A DNA stretch of 64,000 nucleotides from Candidatus Binatia bacterium (GCA_963664395.2 OY761159.2:1664001-1728000), one strand, 5' to 3'. Shown: positions 38,860-49,182, counted from the first letter of the stretch. Notes: generated by a model from the sequence alone, not told the origin. Translations and numbers: made by a program.

Positions 38860-40018
38860 AGGCAATATTCCTCCGCTGGACCTCACGCGAGAGTCCAAGC
38901 AGCATGCCAATATAGATAAGGATCATCACCAACGCAGACCCTCCGTAGCTGACGAATGGCAGCGGCAGTCCGGTTATCGGGAGCAGTCCGACGGCAACCG
39001 CCATATTGAGCCCAGCCTGGCAGACCACTAAGAACGTACACCCAAATGCGAGCAAACGACCAAACTGCGTCGGGTGGCGCACCGCGACCCAGAGCCCCCG
39101 CGCCCCCAAAAGGCCAAAAAGGAGTATGATGCCCGTGGTGCCCCATAAACCGGTTTCTTCGCCAACAACGGCGAAGACAAAGTCCGTGTGGGCCTCTGGC
39201 AAGTAAAACATCTTCTGCCGACTTTCTCCGAGCCCAATCCCATGCACCCCCCCTGCTCCAAAGGCCAGGAGAGACTGGTGGAGTTGATAGCCGGCCCCCT
39301 GTAAATCAGCCGACCGGTTAAGAAACGTATCGAGCCGGTCAGTTCGGTAGCCTGCACTCAGGATCCCATAGCTGAGGCACAGCAGCCCGACTCCAGCCAG
39401 CACGACGAGATGACGCCCACGCGCGCCGGCAACAAAAATCAAAGCAGCCAAAAGGAGACAGATGAACACGGCCCCCCCTAAGTCCGGCTCCAGGGCAATG
39501 AGCACCGCGACACACCCGACCACCAAAAGGGGGGGCAGCAATCCATACATAAAGCTGTGGATTCGGTCTGCCTTTTTCGTGAGGGTAGAGGCGAGGTAGA
39601 GCACCACGGCTCCCTTGGCGAATTCAGAGGGTTGAAAATTCAGCGCTCCAAAGGACAACCAGCGCTGCACTTTGCCGTGACTGAAGCTCGGCAGCAAGAC
39701 AAGACATAAGATTATGAATGCCACTATTAACGCAGGGTAGGCGAGCGTACGGAACACCGTCGAAGGGAGAGCCAGGGCCACAAGACAGCCAAGACAACCG
39801 ATCACTAAGGCAACGTTATGTTTCCGAACAAAAAGGTAGGGATCATCGAAACGGTCAAACGCATAAAAATAGGTCGTGTTAAAAACGAAAAGCTCCCCGC
39901 TCAAGACCAGCAGGAGCACCGCTCCGAGCAGCCATGCGTCAACCGGACCACGGCGGATCAACCCTGGGGTTTGGGCGTCTGTGAATTGTCCTGAGAACAT
40001 TTTGTCAAAAATCTTCAT
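38852..40018 (-). CDS. ftsW: SEDS peptidoglycan polymerase FtsW
   Basis: QPSEFAK, LPEAHTDF, PFVSYGGS. Confidence 0.95.
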   Translation of the reverse strand: MKIFDKMFSGQFTDAQTPGLIRRGPVDAWLLGAVLLLVLSGELFVFNTTYFYAFDRFDDPYLFVRKHNVALVIGCLGCLVALALPSTVFRTLAYPALIVAFIILCLVLLPSFSHGKVQRWLSFGALNFQPSEFAKGAVVLYLASTLTKKADRIHSFMYGLLPPLLVVGCVAVLIALEPDLGGAVFICLLLAALIFVAGARGRHLVVLAGVGLLCLSYGILSAGYRTDRLDTFLNRSADLQGAGYQLHQSLLAFGAGGVHGIGLGESRQKMFYLPEAHTDFVFAVVGEETGLWGTTGIILLFGLLGARGLWVAVRHPTQFGRLLAFGCTFLVVCQAGLNMAVAVGLLPITGLPLPFVSYGGSALVMILIYIGMLLGLSREVQRRNIAYA

Positions 40019-41370
40019 AACGCCTTAACGTAGGACCGAAACGCTTCTCCACGGTGGGCATAGTTCCGGAACTGGTCAAAACTCGCACACGCCGGAGAGA
40101 GGAGGACCGTATCTCCCGCTTGGGCTCCCCTGTGGGCGGCCTGCACGGCCTCGTCCAGGGCGGCGACCAGAAGTGTGTCGGTCTCCTGTCCCAGTGCTGC
40201 GTGTAAGGCGCGCTGGGCCTGACCAAAGAGAATAAGCCTTTTCCCCTTGGCCCGGAGCACCTCCCGGAGGGGACGATAATCGCCGCCTTTCTCTACCCCT
40301 CCAGCAAGAAGAATAACCGACCCGGAAAAACTGTTGAGCGACTGGACAACTGCGTCAATATTCGTCCCTTTGGAGTCATTGACATAGGCCACCCCACCCT
40401 TCTCCGCCACGAGTTCAAGCCGGTGTGGTAAGCCAGTGAAGGTGGCCAACACGGTCCGGATCACAGCAGGGGGGACCCCGCACAACGTTGCCGCACTCAC
40501 CGCGGCCATGACGTTGGCAGTATTATGCCTCCCACGGAGATGCACATCATCAATCGCATAGCGCAGCTCATGCCCAGCGTGGTGGAGAACGAGGGTCCCT
40601 GCCTCAACCCATGCCCCTTCGACACTGTCTCCGGCCAAAGGAGTCCACCCAAAAGAAAACAGCCGTCCGGGTAGCCCTTGACACAACGCACGGACGCGGG
40701 GGTCGTCTCGATTCATGACAACCCAATCAGACCGACGCTGCTGAGCAAATAAGCGCCGTTTGGCCACGCCATATCTTTCAAAACTCCCGTGCCGGTCCAG
40801 ATGATCTTCACTCAGATTGAGGAATACACCAATCTGTGGACGGAACTGCTTGACCCATTCGAGTTGGAAGCTGGAAATCTCGGCAACCGCAATCGCGTAG
40901 GATGCTCCGACTGCGTCAATGAGTGGAGTTCCCAAGTTCCCTCCAGTGAAGGTAGCCTTGCCAGACTGCTGAATGATCTCCCCCAGGAGGGACGTCGTTG
41001 TGCTTTTCCCGTTCGTGCCGGTGATTGCCAGAATCGGACATGTCAGCAGCTGATAGGCCAGCTCGATTTCACTCCACACCGCAACCTGCCGACGCACCGC
41101 CTCCCTCAGCAGCGGATGCATTGCCGGCACGCCAGGACTTGGAATCACGAGATGAACCCCACGCAGTACCCCCCCTATATCCCCCTTATCGGGGGGGACT
41201 CGGGATTGGGGATTCGCTCTCCCAGTCCCTAATCCCGAGTCCCGAGTCCCCGTACTCCCAACATCTTCATACACCCGGACGTGGCCGCCGCGGGCAAGAA
41301 CACACTGCGCAACACTTTTTCCCGTTCGCCCCAGGCCAATGATAAGTACGGTCTTTCCCGCAAGATCCAT
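40015..41370 (-). CDS. murD: UDP-MurNAc-L-Ala--D-Glu ligase
   Basis: SPGV, TGTNGKSTT, SSFQLE, DHLDRH, NDSKGTN, SPACASFD. Confidence 0.96.
   Translation of the reverse strand: MDLAGKTVLIIGLGRTGKSVAQCVLARGGHVRVYEDVGSTGTRDSGLGTGRANPQSRVPPDKGDIGGVLRGVHLVIPSPGVPAMHPLLREAVRRQVAVWSEIELAYQLLTCPILAITGTNGKSTTTSLLGEIIQQSGKATFTGGNLGTPLIDAVGASYAIAVAEISSFQLEWVKQFRPQIGVFLNLSEDHLDRHGSFERYGVAKRRLFAQQRRSDWVVMNRDDPRVRALCQGLPGRLFSFGWTPLAGDSVEGAWVEAGTLVLHHAGHELRYAIDDVHLRGRHNTANVMAAVSAATLCGVPPAVIRTVLATFTGLPHRLELVAEKGGVAYVNDSKGTNIDAVVQSLNSFSGSVILLAGGVEKGGDYRPLREVLRAKGKRLILFGQAQRALHAALGQETDTLLVAALDEAVQAAHRGAQAGDTVLLSPACASFDQFRNYAHRGEAFRSYVKAL
41194..41251. repeat. Inverted heptamer-repeat element inside murD
   Basis: GGGACTC-GGGATTG-GGGATTC facing CAGTCCC-TAATCCC-GAGTCCC-GAGTCCC. 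Confidence 0.8.
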
Positions 41371-41380
41371 AATCGTTCTC

Positions 41381-42457
41381 TCAACGCAGTTTGAGCGTGC
41401 TTAATGCGGCGAGGGCACAGATGATGGAAACAATCCAAAAACGGACAATGATAAGCGGTTCCGGCCAGCCAAGTAATTCAAAGTGATGATGGAGTGGAGC
41501 CATGCGGAAGATGCGTTTTTGTCTCAATTTATACGAGCCTACCTGAAAGATGACCGAGGCCGCCTCAATCACAAAGACCCCGCCCACGATCGCCAGCACT
41601 ATTTCCTGTTTACTAATCAGCGCGACAATGCCCAATGCAGCCCCGAGGGAGAGTGAGCCAACATCGCCCATAATCATTTGGGCCGGGTAGGCGTTAAACC
41701 ACAAAAAGCCCAGCCCGGCGGCCGCCAGTGCCCCACAGAAGACGGTCACCTCACCGGCGCCAGCCACATAGGGGACCTGCAAGTATTCAGCAATTCTGCT
41801 GTGGCCGCTCACATAGGTGAAAATGGCGTAGGTCACCCCAGCGATCATCACTGGCCCAATGGCTAACCCATCAAGACCATCAGTGAGATTGACCGCATTC
41901 GAGGCGCCCACCACAACAAAGGTGGCAAAGGGGATATACCACCAGCCAAGGGCTGGCCGGACGTCTTTTAAGAAGGGAATGGTCAGCGTGGTGTCAAAGC
42001 CCGGCTGGCCAAAGAGCCACAAGGCCGCTGCCAGCGCAATCGCACATTGCGCCAGGAGTTTATACTTCCCACGTAAGCCAGCCGAGTTCTGCTGGCTGAT
42101 TTTCTGATAATCATCGAGAAATCCAATCAAACCAAAGCCGATAGTAACACCAAGCACCAACCAGATATACGGATTCGTTAAGTCGGCTAACAGGACGGTC
42201 GCCAGCGTGAGGGAGAAGAGAATCAAAGCGCCCCCCATGGTTGGCGTACCAGCTTTGCTCAGATGCGTCGCGGGCCCATCTGAGCGGATGGGCTGGCCCG
42301 CCTTGAGCGCGGTCAGTCGAGCAATCAGCCAGGGTCCGAGGACAAAAGAAACACTCAGGGCAAGTAATCCTGCTAACAGGGTTCTAAACGTAATGTAGCG
42401 AAAGACGTTGAACCCGGAGTAGGTTGTATGGAGGGCATATAAGAAGGCATACAGCAT
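41381..42457 (-). CDS. mraY: Phospho-MurNAc-pentapeptide transferase
   Basis: [33 protein letters not shown]. Confidence 0.97.
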   Translation of the reverse strand: MLYAFLYALHTTYSGFNVFRYITFRTLLAGLLALSVSFVLGPWLIARLTALKAGQPIRSDGPATHLSKAGTPTMGGALILFSLTLATVLLADLTNPYIWLVLGVTIGFGLIGFLDDYQKISQQNSAGLRGKYKLLAQCAIALAAALWLFGQPGFDTTLTIPFLKDVRPALGWWYIPFATFVVVGASNAVNLTDGLDGLAIGPVMIAGVTYAIFTYVSGHSRIAEYLQVPYVAGAGEVTVFCGALAAAGLGFLWFNAYPAQMIMGDVGSLSLGAALGIVALISKQEIVLAIVGGVFVIEAASVIFQVGSYKLRQKRIFRMAPLHHHFELLGWPEPLIIVRFWIVSIICALAALSTLKLR

Positions 42458-44031
42458 TACGCACCGCCCTCCAACGCCTGTCCTGAGCTACGACGCAGGG
42501 ACAGATAGTGCCGGACCTCTTCCGCATCATCAAAATGATACTGCGTTGTTCCCATAATCTGATAATCCTCGTGTCCCTTCCCGGCGATGACCACCACATC
42601 TCCTGGTTGGGCTTCGTCCAGCGCCCGTCGGATAGCGCTCCGTCGATCAGCAATGACCATATACCAGCCCGTGGCTACACCCGATCCCCGCACTCGGTCC
42701 GGCTCTTCTCGGGTCATACCCGTCCGGCTGAGTCCCGGTTCCGTTTCGGTCAAGATCTGGTCTGGGTTTTCGGTCCGGGGGTTGTCTGATGTTAAAACCA
42801 CCATATCACTCAGGCGACCGGCAACTTCCCCCATCAGTGGCCGCTTGCCTCTGTCTCGATCTCCGCCGCAGCCGAATACTGTGATCAGCCGCTTCGATGT
42901 TAAGGCACGAAAGGATGCCAGCGCCCTTTCCAGCGCATCGGGCTTATGGGCATAATCGACGAATACCTCAAATTGCTGTCCGACCGAGAGCGCTTCTAGC
43001 CGACCTGGTACACGACGACAGTGGGCGATCCCTTCACCCACCTTTTTGAGTGAGGCACCCAGGGCATGCGCAACCGTTGCCGCCGCAAGGATGTTGTAGA
43101 CATGCGGCTCACCAATTAAAGGCGACACAGCGGAGAGTGTATCTTTTCCAACCTGCAACTCAGCCTGGATACCAGCCAAACTATAGTTTACGCGCTGGAC
43201 AGAGACCGTTGTGTCCTTGTGGATACTATACGTCAGCACCGGATAGGGAAGTTGCTCCGCTAGCAGTTTCTGGCCCCAGGCATCATCAGCATTAATGACA
43301 GCAAAGCGGCGACGCTTTGGCGACCCGGCCAGACCGTCACGAAAGAGCCGCGCCTTTGCCGCAAAGTATGCCTCTGTATTGAGATGGTAATCCAGATGGT
43401 CACGGCCAAGATTCGTAAATACAGCACCATCCCACCGGCAGCCCCAAACCCGATCTTGAGCTAAGGCATGGGACGAGACCTCCATGATGACATGACTCAC
43501 TCCAGCCCTCACCATATCGTATAAGAGCGCTTGCAGTTCAACCGCCTCTGGGGTGGTGAGGGGGGCGGGACGCTCCTGATCTGCATACCGGTAGTTGACC
43601 GTTCCAATCACGCCCACAGTCCAGCCCAGCGCCTTGCCAATGGCTTCCAACACATACGTTGTTGTTGTTTTCCCACTTGTTCCAGTCACCCCGATCAAGG
43701 TCAGCCGTTCACTCGGCCGATGATAAAATTGATCGGCCATTGCCCCAAGAAGCCGGCGTGGATTCTCTGAGGTGATAACGGTCACACCGGAGGGCACCTC
43801 CATACCTGGCGGAGCGACGATGGCCCGGGCCCCCTGGTCGAGCGCTTGTTCAAGAAAGGCAGTCCCATCCATCTTCGTTCCCGGCAGTGCAAAAAAGAGC
43901 GCTCCTGGAGTCACACGCCGAGAGTCATACACGAGAGACTCGACCGGAATATCGATAGGGCCGTGAATCTGGAGCGCGGCTTCAGCTCGTCCAGCTGAAT
44001 CAAGAGGAAGGATCTGCCGCAACCAGGTCAT
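42457..44031 (-). CDS. murE: UDP-MurNAc-dipeptide--meso-DAP ligase
   Basis: [31 protein letters not shown] (DAP-type), GKGHEDYQ. Confidence 0.96.
   Translation of the reverse strand: MTWLRQILPLDSAGRAEAALQIHGPIDIPVESLVYDSRRVTPGALFFALPGTKMDGTAFLEQALDQGARAIVAPPGMEVPSGVTVITSENPRRLLGAMADQFYHRPSERLTLIGVTGTSGKTTTTYVLEAIGKALGWTVGVIGTVNYRYADQERPAPLTTPEAVELQALLYDMVRAGVSHVIMEVSSHALAQDRVWGCRWDGAVFTNLGRDHLDYHLNTEAYFAAKARLFRDGLAGSPKRRRFAVINADDAWGQKLLAEQLPYPVLTYSIHKDTTVSVQRVNYSLAGIQAELQVGKDTLSAVSPLIGEPHVYNILAAATVAHALGASLKKVGEGIAHCRRVPGRLEALSVGQQFEVFVDYAHKPDALERALASFRALTSKRLITVFGCGGDRDRGKRPLMGEVAGRLSDMVVLTSDNPRTENPDQILTETEPGLSRTGMTREEPDRVRGSGVATGWYMVIADRRSAIRRALDEAQPGDVVVIAGKGHEDYQIMGTTQYHFDDAEEVRHYLSLRRSSGQALEGGA
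42476..42500 (+). repeat. Intragenic palindromic repeat, copy 3 (degenerate), at the murE 3' end
   Basis: GCCTGTCCTGAGCTACGACGCAGGG shares an exact 13-bp core with copies 1 and 2. Confidence 0.7.
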
Positions 44032-44032
44032 C

Positions 44033-45994
44033 TCACCAGCCCGCTTCAAGCCTGAGTTCATACACAGATTCGCCAGTCTGCACCTCGTTTCGGACTCTCT
44101 GGTCCGTCACATAACCACTCCCATGGACAACGACCCGCACCCCGTTCACCGACGCTTTCCGCATGGCCGCCCGCAGGCTGAGACCGATAAAGTCATCGTC
44201 CTCGGAGCGGCTGGATAGCGTGTCCTCTCCCCCTGCACTCGGGGCTTCAGACGAAAACGCTGATTCAGAGGATAACTTTGCGGTCGAGAAATGAGGAGCC
44301 CGTGCCCATTGGACGTCCACGCCTTCTGCCGCACTCCCCGCAACCCCAAGGTAGGTAAGGGATTGACGCGCAATCGCTTGAAACACTGGTGCCGCGACAG
44401 TACCCCCATAGACGGCCGTCTGGGGCTCATCAATGGTCACTAAAATAACAAGTCGAGGCTGATCAGCAGGAACCATCCCAATAAAAGACGCGATCCGACC
44501 GGTCGCCGAATACCCGCCACGGGGATCAATTTTTTGCGAGGTTCCCGTTTTTCCCGCCACACGAAACCCTTTAATTTGCGCGCGCCAGCCCGTTCCTCCC
44601 GGCTCTACAACGTGCTCAAGCAAGGTCCGCATCCGCCGCGCGGTTTCGGGTCGAACAACCTGCCTGACCCGGGTTGGGCCATTGGCGTGAACGACTTCCC
44701 CCGCGCCATTCAAGACTTCACTCACCACATAGGGACGCATGAGCATGCCCTCATTGGCGAGCGCGGCATAAGCACAGGCCAACTGTAAGGGGGTAACTGC
44801 CACCCCCTGCCCAAAGCTGGCAGTCACAAGCTTGATCCGAGACCACGCCTGGAGCGAAGGGAGAATACCGTTTATCTCCCCAGGCAAATCAACCCCAGTT
44901 CTCTGTCCCAGCCCAAAGGCCCGGAGGTAGTCATAGTAGCGTTTTTCCCCTAAACGTTCGCCGATCTTAGCCGCGCCGATATTGCTTGATTTGGCCAAGA
45001 CACCGTCAACGCTGAGCCCGCCATAGGGATGCACGTCGTGAATAGTATGCCGGCCAACACGGTACGCGCCGTATTCGCAAAAAATGGGGTCCGCTTCTTT
45101 TACTTGTTTGGTATCCAAGGCGGCCGCAACTAATAATGCCTTGAGCGTTGATCCGGGTTCATAGCAGTCGCTAATCACGCGATTGCGGCGCGTATCAGGC
45201 GGGAAATCGCCAGGCGTATTCGGATCGAAGGTGGGCACTTGAGCAAGCGCAAGAATGGCAAACGTCTGGGGGTCAAGCATGACCACGGACCCAGCCTGCG
45301 CACGACTGTGCTGCACGGCGCGTTCCAGCTCGCGTTCGGCCACGTACTGAAGCGTAGTATCCAGAGTCAGACGTGCTTGGAACGTTTTGGGCTGCTGGGG
45401 ACTGCCATGGATCAAGATCGTTCGTCCACGCGCATCACGCTCACCAAATGTGCGGGTAACCGTGCCGAGCAAATAGCGATCATACGCCGCTTCGAGTCCT
45501 TCCAGTCCTTGGGCATCCACGCCGACAAATCCGAGCAGGGCAGCGGCTAATGTCCGGTGCGGATACACGCGGCGCTGCGTGCTCACGCTGCCAACGCCAG
45601 ACAGCGTGAGCGCTTTTATACGGCCGGCTTCTTGGGGCAAGACCCCCCGCTTGAGCCAGACAAACGGCGCGGCGGAATGGAGAATGGCATCAATCTGTTG
45701 CACAGGCAGAGAGAGGTGTTGTGCCAACACGGGAATCATTGTATCCGCGTGAGCCGGGAGTTTTGATGGACGTACAAAAAGTGATTCAGCCCCAACACTA
45801 AAGGCCAACCGCCGCGCGTTGCGATCGACAATAGCACCGCGCAGTGGCTTGACGTCCACGCGTTGACGGTATTGTCCGGCAGCGCGTTCTGCGAGCGCAT
45901 CCCCCTGCACCACAGTGAGGTGGACAAGACGAGCAAAAATAACAAGCAAGCCCACTGTCAATGCCCCTGCCACTAAACTGATCCGCCTCGACAT
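44033..45994 (-). CDS. ftsI: Division transpeptidase PBP3
   Basis: STLK, SSN, KTG motifs; C-terminal PASTA-like region. Confidence 0.95.
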   Translation of the reverse strand: MSRRISLVAGALTVGLLVIFARLVHLTVVQGDALAERAAGQYRQRVDVKPLRGAIVDRNARRLAFSVGAESLFVRPSKLPAHADTMIPVLAQHLSLPVQQIDAILHSAAPFVWLKRGVLPQEAGRIKALTLSGVGSVSTQRRVYPHRTLAAALLGFVGVDAQGLEGLEAAYDRYLLGTVTRTFGERDARGRTILIHGSPQQPKTFQARLTLDTTLQYVAERELERAVQHSRAQAGSVVMLDPQTFAILALAQVPTFDPNTPGDFPPDTRRNRVISDCYEPGSTLKALLVAAALDTKQVKEADPIFCEYGAYRVGRHTIHDVHPYGGLSVDGVLAKSSNIGAAKIGERLGEKRYYDYLRAFGLGQRTGVDLPGEINGILPSLQAWSRIKLVTASFGQGVAVTPLQLACAYAALANEGMLMRPYVVSEVLNGAGEVVHANGPTRVRQVVRPETARRMRTLLEHVVEPGGTGWRAQIKGFRVAGKTGTSQKIDPRGGYSATGRIASFIGMVPADQPRLVILVTIDEPQTAVYGGTVAAPVFQAIARQSLTYLGVAGSAAEGVDVQWARAPHFSTAKLSSESAFSSEAPSAGGEDTLSSRSEDDDFIGLSLRAAMRKASVNGVRVVVHGSGYVTDQRVRNEVQTGESVYELRLEAGW

Positions 45995-46003
45995 GTGCTC
46001 CTC

Positions 46004-46294
46004 CTACGGCAGGACAATGATCTGCTCAGGGCGAGGCAAATAGAGTCCAAGCCGGTCGCCGGCGAGCTGGGACAGACGGGTAGGAGCCGTGACCGCTTCC
46101 CATTCTACCGTGAGTACGTATTGTTCCTCTTTCAGTGCGTTGATGAGCTGCCGCGTATCTGCAAGCGCATACCCCGCAGAGACCACCTGAAGACGAATCC
46201 AGATGTGCGACAGGACCAGGGCCAGCCCAACAGCCGCAAGCACGCCATACCTGCCCCACACGAGCAACTTCCACATCATCCTCCTCCTTCGCAT
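46004..46294 (-). CDS. ftsL: Cell division protein FtsL
   Basis: Single TM followed by a coiled coil; lies between rsmH and ftsI. Confidence 0.8.
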   Translation of the reverse strand: MRRRRMMWKLLVWGRYGVLAAVGLALVLSHIWIRLQVVSAGYALADTRQLINALKEEQYVLTVEWEAVTAPTRLSQLAGDRLGLYLPRPEQIIVLP

Positions 46295-47271
46295 CTCTCA
46301 ACCACACGCAGGCGCGCACTCCGCGCACGCGTATTATCCACGACTTCCTGGGTGGTTGGTGCCAGCGGCTTTGTCGTTAACACACGGACCTGCGGTTCCC
46401 AGTCGCAGGCACACACCTGGAGCTGGGGTGGACAGATACACGCTGAAGCCCAGCGCCGGAAGGCGGTTTTCACCAGACGATCCTCAAGCGAGTGGTACGA
46501 GAGCACCACCATCCGCCCCCCAGGCCGCAACAACGTATACCCCTCCCGTAAAAATATTGCTAAGTGCTGTAGTTCTTGATTTACTGCGATGCGCAACGCC
46601 TGAAAGGTCTGTGTTGCCGCATGGACTCGATAGCGCTGATGACGGGCGGGCCTGCGGACAATGCGCTCGACAATTTTCGCAAGAGCCGTTGTCGTCGTTA
46701 TCGGCCCGTGTTCACGTTCCCGGAGGACTGCCCGGGCAATCGCTCTCGCTGCTCGCTCTTCTCCGAATTCTCGGAAAATATGGCGTAATTCTTCTTCACT
46801 GGAAGAATTAACAATATCAGCCGCGCTGGGCCCGTCACTTTGATCCATCCGCATGTCGAGTGGACCTGAGCGTAAAAAACTAAAGCCGCGCGTCCCATCT
46901 TCGACCTGGAGCGAGGAAAAGCCCAAGTCAAGGAGCACACCATCGACTCCCGCCCATCCCAACTCACTCAGGACGGCCGCCGCTTGGCTGAAATTCGCAT
47001 GAACTATTACACTCTGGCCGGCAAACGCTGCCAGCCGTTTTCGCGCGACTATCAGGGTACGTGGATCACGGTCAAGCCCGAGCAACCTGCCTCTTCCGCG
47101 ACTTTCCTCCAGCAGGGCAGCCGCGTGTCCGCCTCCCCCAAGTGTCCCGTCAAGAATATCACCGCCCAGACAGGGTTGCAGAAAGGAGAGCACCTGCTCC
47201 AGCATGACAGGGATGTGCACGGACGCTTGGGGTGGCTTAGCCGATTCTGAAGATATAGACGCTGCTAGCAT
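46276..47271 (-). CDS. rsmH: 16S rRNA m4C1402 methyltransferase
   Basis: HIPVM, DGTLGGGGH, DLGFSS.Q, LDMRMD, YHSLEDR. Confidence 0.97.
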   Translation of the reverse strand: MLAASISSESAKPPQASVHIPVMLEQVLSFLQPCLGGDILDGTLGGGGHAAALLEESRGRGRLLGLDRDPRTLIVARKRLAAFAGQSVIVHANFSQAAAVLSELGWAGVDGVLLDLGFSSLQVEDGTRGFSFLRSGPLDMRMDQSDGPSAADIVNSSSEEELRHIFREFGEERAARAIARAVLREREHGPITTTTALAKIVERIVRRPARHQRYRVHAATQTFQALRIAVNQELQHLAIFLREGYTLLRPGGRMVVLSYHSLEDRLVKTAFRRWASACICPPQLQVCACDWEPQVRVLTTKPLAPTTQEVVDNTRARSARLRVVERCEGGG

Positions 47272-47313
47272 TGAGGCTATTCTCTGCGCTGGTCCGTTTG
47301 TTTTGAATCTGCG

Positions 47314-47781
47314 CTATATTTCTGCCGCACCTGCGTTCAAATTACTGAATAATCTTGGGTCTTGAGCGAGGGCTTTTTCAGATTCTTCATTAAATTCTTG
47401 CCATATCGCCCTGTTCCATATCCGAAATTTCTCAAGCGCAGCAGCAAACATAACATCCTTCTTAAGGCCGGCATACTCTCTGAGGAGCGGGGGAATCAAA
47501 ATACGGCTTTGTTTATCAACTGTACATTCCTGGGCATTAGACAGATAAAAGGTCTCGATTTTTAAGAAATTTTGATCGAAACGGGGCTTTTTTCTCAAGT
47601 CTTGCTCAAAGTTCTCCCATTCCGCATAGGGGTAAACATCAAGACAGCGAAAGGATGCCAGGATGAATTTCGTGACAATCAGTCGGGAATCGTTCCTCCC
47701 AACCAATACTTCTCGAAATTTCGAGGGGATACTTACTCTTCCTTTCTCATCAATGGTATGTTCGAAACTACCACGAAACAC
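47314..47781 (-). CDS. mraZ: dcw cluster transcriptional regulator MraZ
   Basis: GTG start, FRGSFEHTIDEKGRVSIP, second motif DKQSRILIP. Confidence 0.95.
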   Translation of the reverse strand: MFRGSFEHTIDEKGRVSIPSKFREVLVGRNDSRLIVTKFILASFRCLDVYPYAEWENFEQDLRKKPRFDQNFLKIETFYLSNAQECTVDKQSRILIPPLLREYAGLKKDVMFAAALEKFRIWNRAIWQEFNEESEKALAQDPRLFSNLNAGAAEI

Positions 47782-47788
47782 GAATTTA

Positions 47789-47822
47789 CCCCATTCCCCA
47801 CTTTCTCCCACTTTCTCCCACA
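47789..47822 (-). promoter_or_regulatory. MraZ binding repeats
   Basis: Minus strand GTGGGAGAAA-GTGGGAGAAA-GTGGGGAAT-GGGG, roughly 10-bp period, immediately upstream of mraZ. Confidence 0.85.
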
Positions 47823-47970
47823 ACTATATGATGAGTCTTTTTTCGTGTCAAGAAAAACCAAAGACTTTTGGGTAGGTTAGGCAGATAAGAGAACCAATGA
47901 GGAGCATTGACTCCGCTTCACTGCTTCGATACATCATGTCTTTATCAAGGAGGGAGGGTGTAGAGCTGAC

Positions 47971-48004
47971 AGCCTGGATACGGGGAGCCCATCCGGGCTT
48001 TTTT
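47971..48004 (+). terminator. Terminator-like hairpin in the leader of the aminotransferase-serA-purA operon
   Basis: AGCCTGGAT/ATCCGGGCT stem followed by a T-run. Confidence 0.55.
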
Positions 48005-48027
48005 ATGCGTGTAGCGTGGGTATGCCA

Positions 48028-49182
48028 ATGTTAAAACGATATTTGCTCACTCCAGGGCCAACTCAAGTTCCGCCCGAAGTTTTGCTGCGTATGTCGCAGC
48101 CCCTTATTCATCATCGTACCCCCGAGTTCAGCCAACGCTTTGCCGAAGTGCAAAGCGGCCTCCAATGGCTTTTCCAAACCACCCACGATGTGCTCATCCT
48201 TGCCGCCTCGGGCTCTGGGGCAATGGAAGCAGCCGTCACGAATACCTGCTCGCCTGGAGATTGTGTCATTGTTGTCAATGGCGGGAAGTTTGGTGAACGC
48301 TGGCTTAAAATTTGTGCGGCGGTTGGCGTGCAAACGGAAGAGATTTCGGTCGAATGGGGCCAGGCTGTTACGGTTGATGCGGTGGCCCAGGCGCTGCGGC
48401 GTCAGCCCAAAGCCAAGGCCATTCTCATGCAAGCCAGTGAGACCTCGACAACCGTCCTTCACCCTGTCAAAGACATTGCAGCCCTGACGCGCGACTCTGA
48501 GATATTGCTCGTTGTCGACGGCATTACTGCGGTTGGCGCAACCGATATCCCCATGGACCGCTCCGGTATTGATGTGCTCATCACTGGCTCACAAAAGGCC
48601 CTGATGCTGCCCCCGGGTCTCGCGTTTATCGCCCTCAGTCCGAAGGCCTGGCAACACACGGAGCAGGCACAGCTGCCACGTTTCTACTTTGACTTGCAGC
48701 GGGAGCGGAAGGAACAAGCCAAACATACCACCGCCTACACCCCTGCCATTTCTCTGATTACCGGCTTACACGAAGTTCTCCGGCAGCTTCAGGAGGAAGG
48801 GCTCGAACAGATATGGACTCGCCATACCGTGTTGATGACCGCGACACATGCAGCGGTCCGCGCCCTCGGTCTCCGCCTCTTGGCAGCGGACCATCCAAGC
48901 CCGGCCGTAACAGGCGTGTGGCTCCCGTCCACGGTTGATGGGGTGCGGTTACTCACGTATATGCGCGACGGTATGGGGGTCGATATTGCCGGCGGGCAGG
49001 GGCACCTCAAAGGGAAAATCGTTCGCATTTCTCACATCGGGTATGCCGGTCCTTTTGATGTCATCACAGCGATCAGCAGTCTTGAAATGGCCCTGAGTCG
49101 GTTTGGGGTCGCTCTCGCGCTGGGCAGGGGCGTCCAGGCTGCTGAAGCCGTTTTACTGCCAACCTGGCCGGCAGTCGTATGA
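48028..49182 (+). CDS. Class V PLP aminotransferase (serine-pyruvate/alanine-glyoxylate type; probable SerC substitute)
   Basis: LLTPGPT, SGSGAMEA, ETST, GSQKALMLPPG. Confidence 0.9.
   Translation: MLKRYLLTPGPTQVPPEVLLRMSQPLIHHRTPEFSQRFAEVQSGLQWLFQTTHDVLILAASGSGAMEAAVTNTCSPGDCVIVVNGGKFGERWLKICAAVGVQTEEISVEWGQAVTVDAVAQALRRQPKAKAILMQASETSTTVLHPVKDIAALTRDSEILLVVDGITAVGATDIPMDRSGIDVLITGSQKALMLPPGLAFIALSPKAWQHTEQAQLPRFYFDLQRERKEQAKHTTAYTPAISLITGLHEVLRQLQEEGLEQIWTRHTVLMTATHAAVRALGLRLLAADHPSPAVTGVWLPSTVDGVRLLTYMRDGMGVDIAGGQGHLKGKIVRISHIGYAGPFDVITAISSLEMALSRFGVALALGRGVQAAEAVLLPTWPAVV

Noticed and set aside
47789-47822. Direct repeats as a novel element or mini-CRISPR
   Set aside because: They match the known MraZ operator repeats upstream of mraZ.
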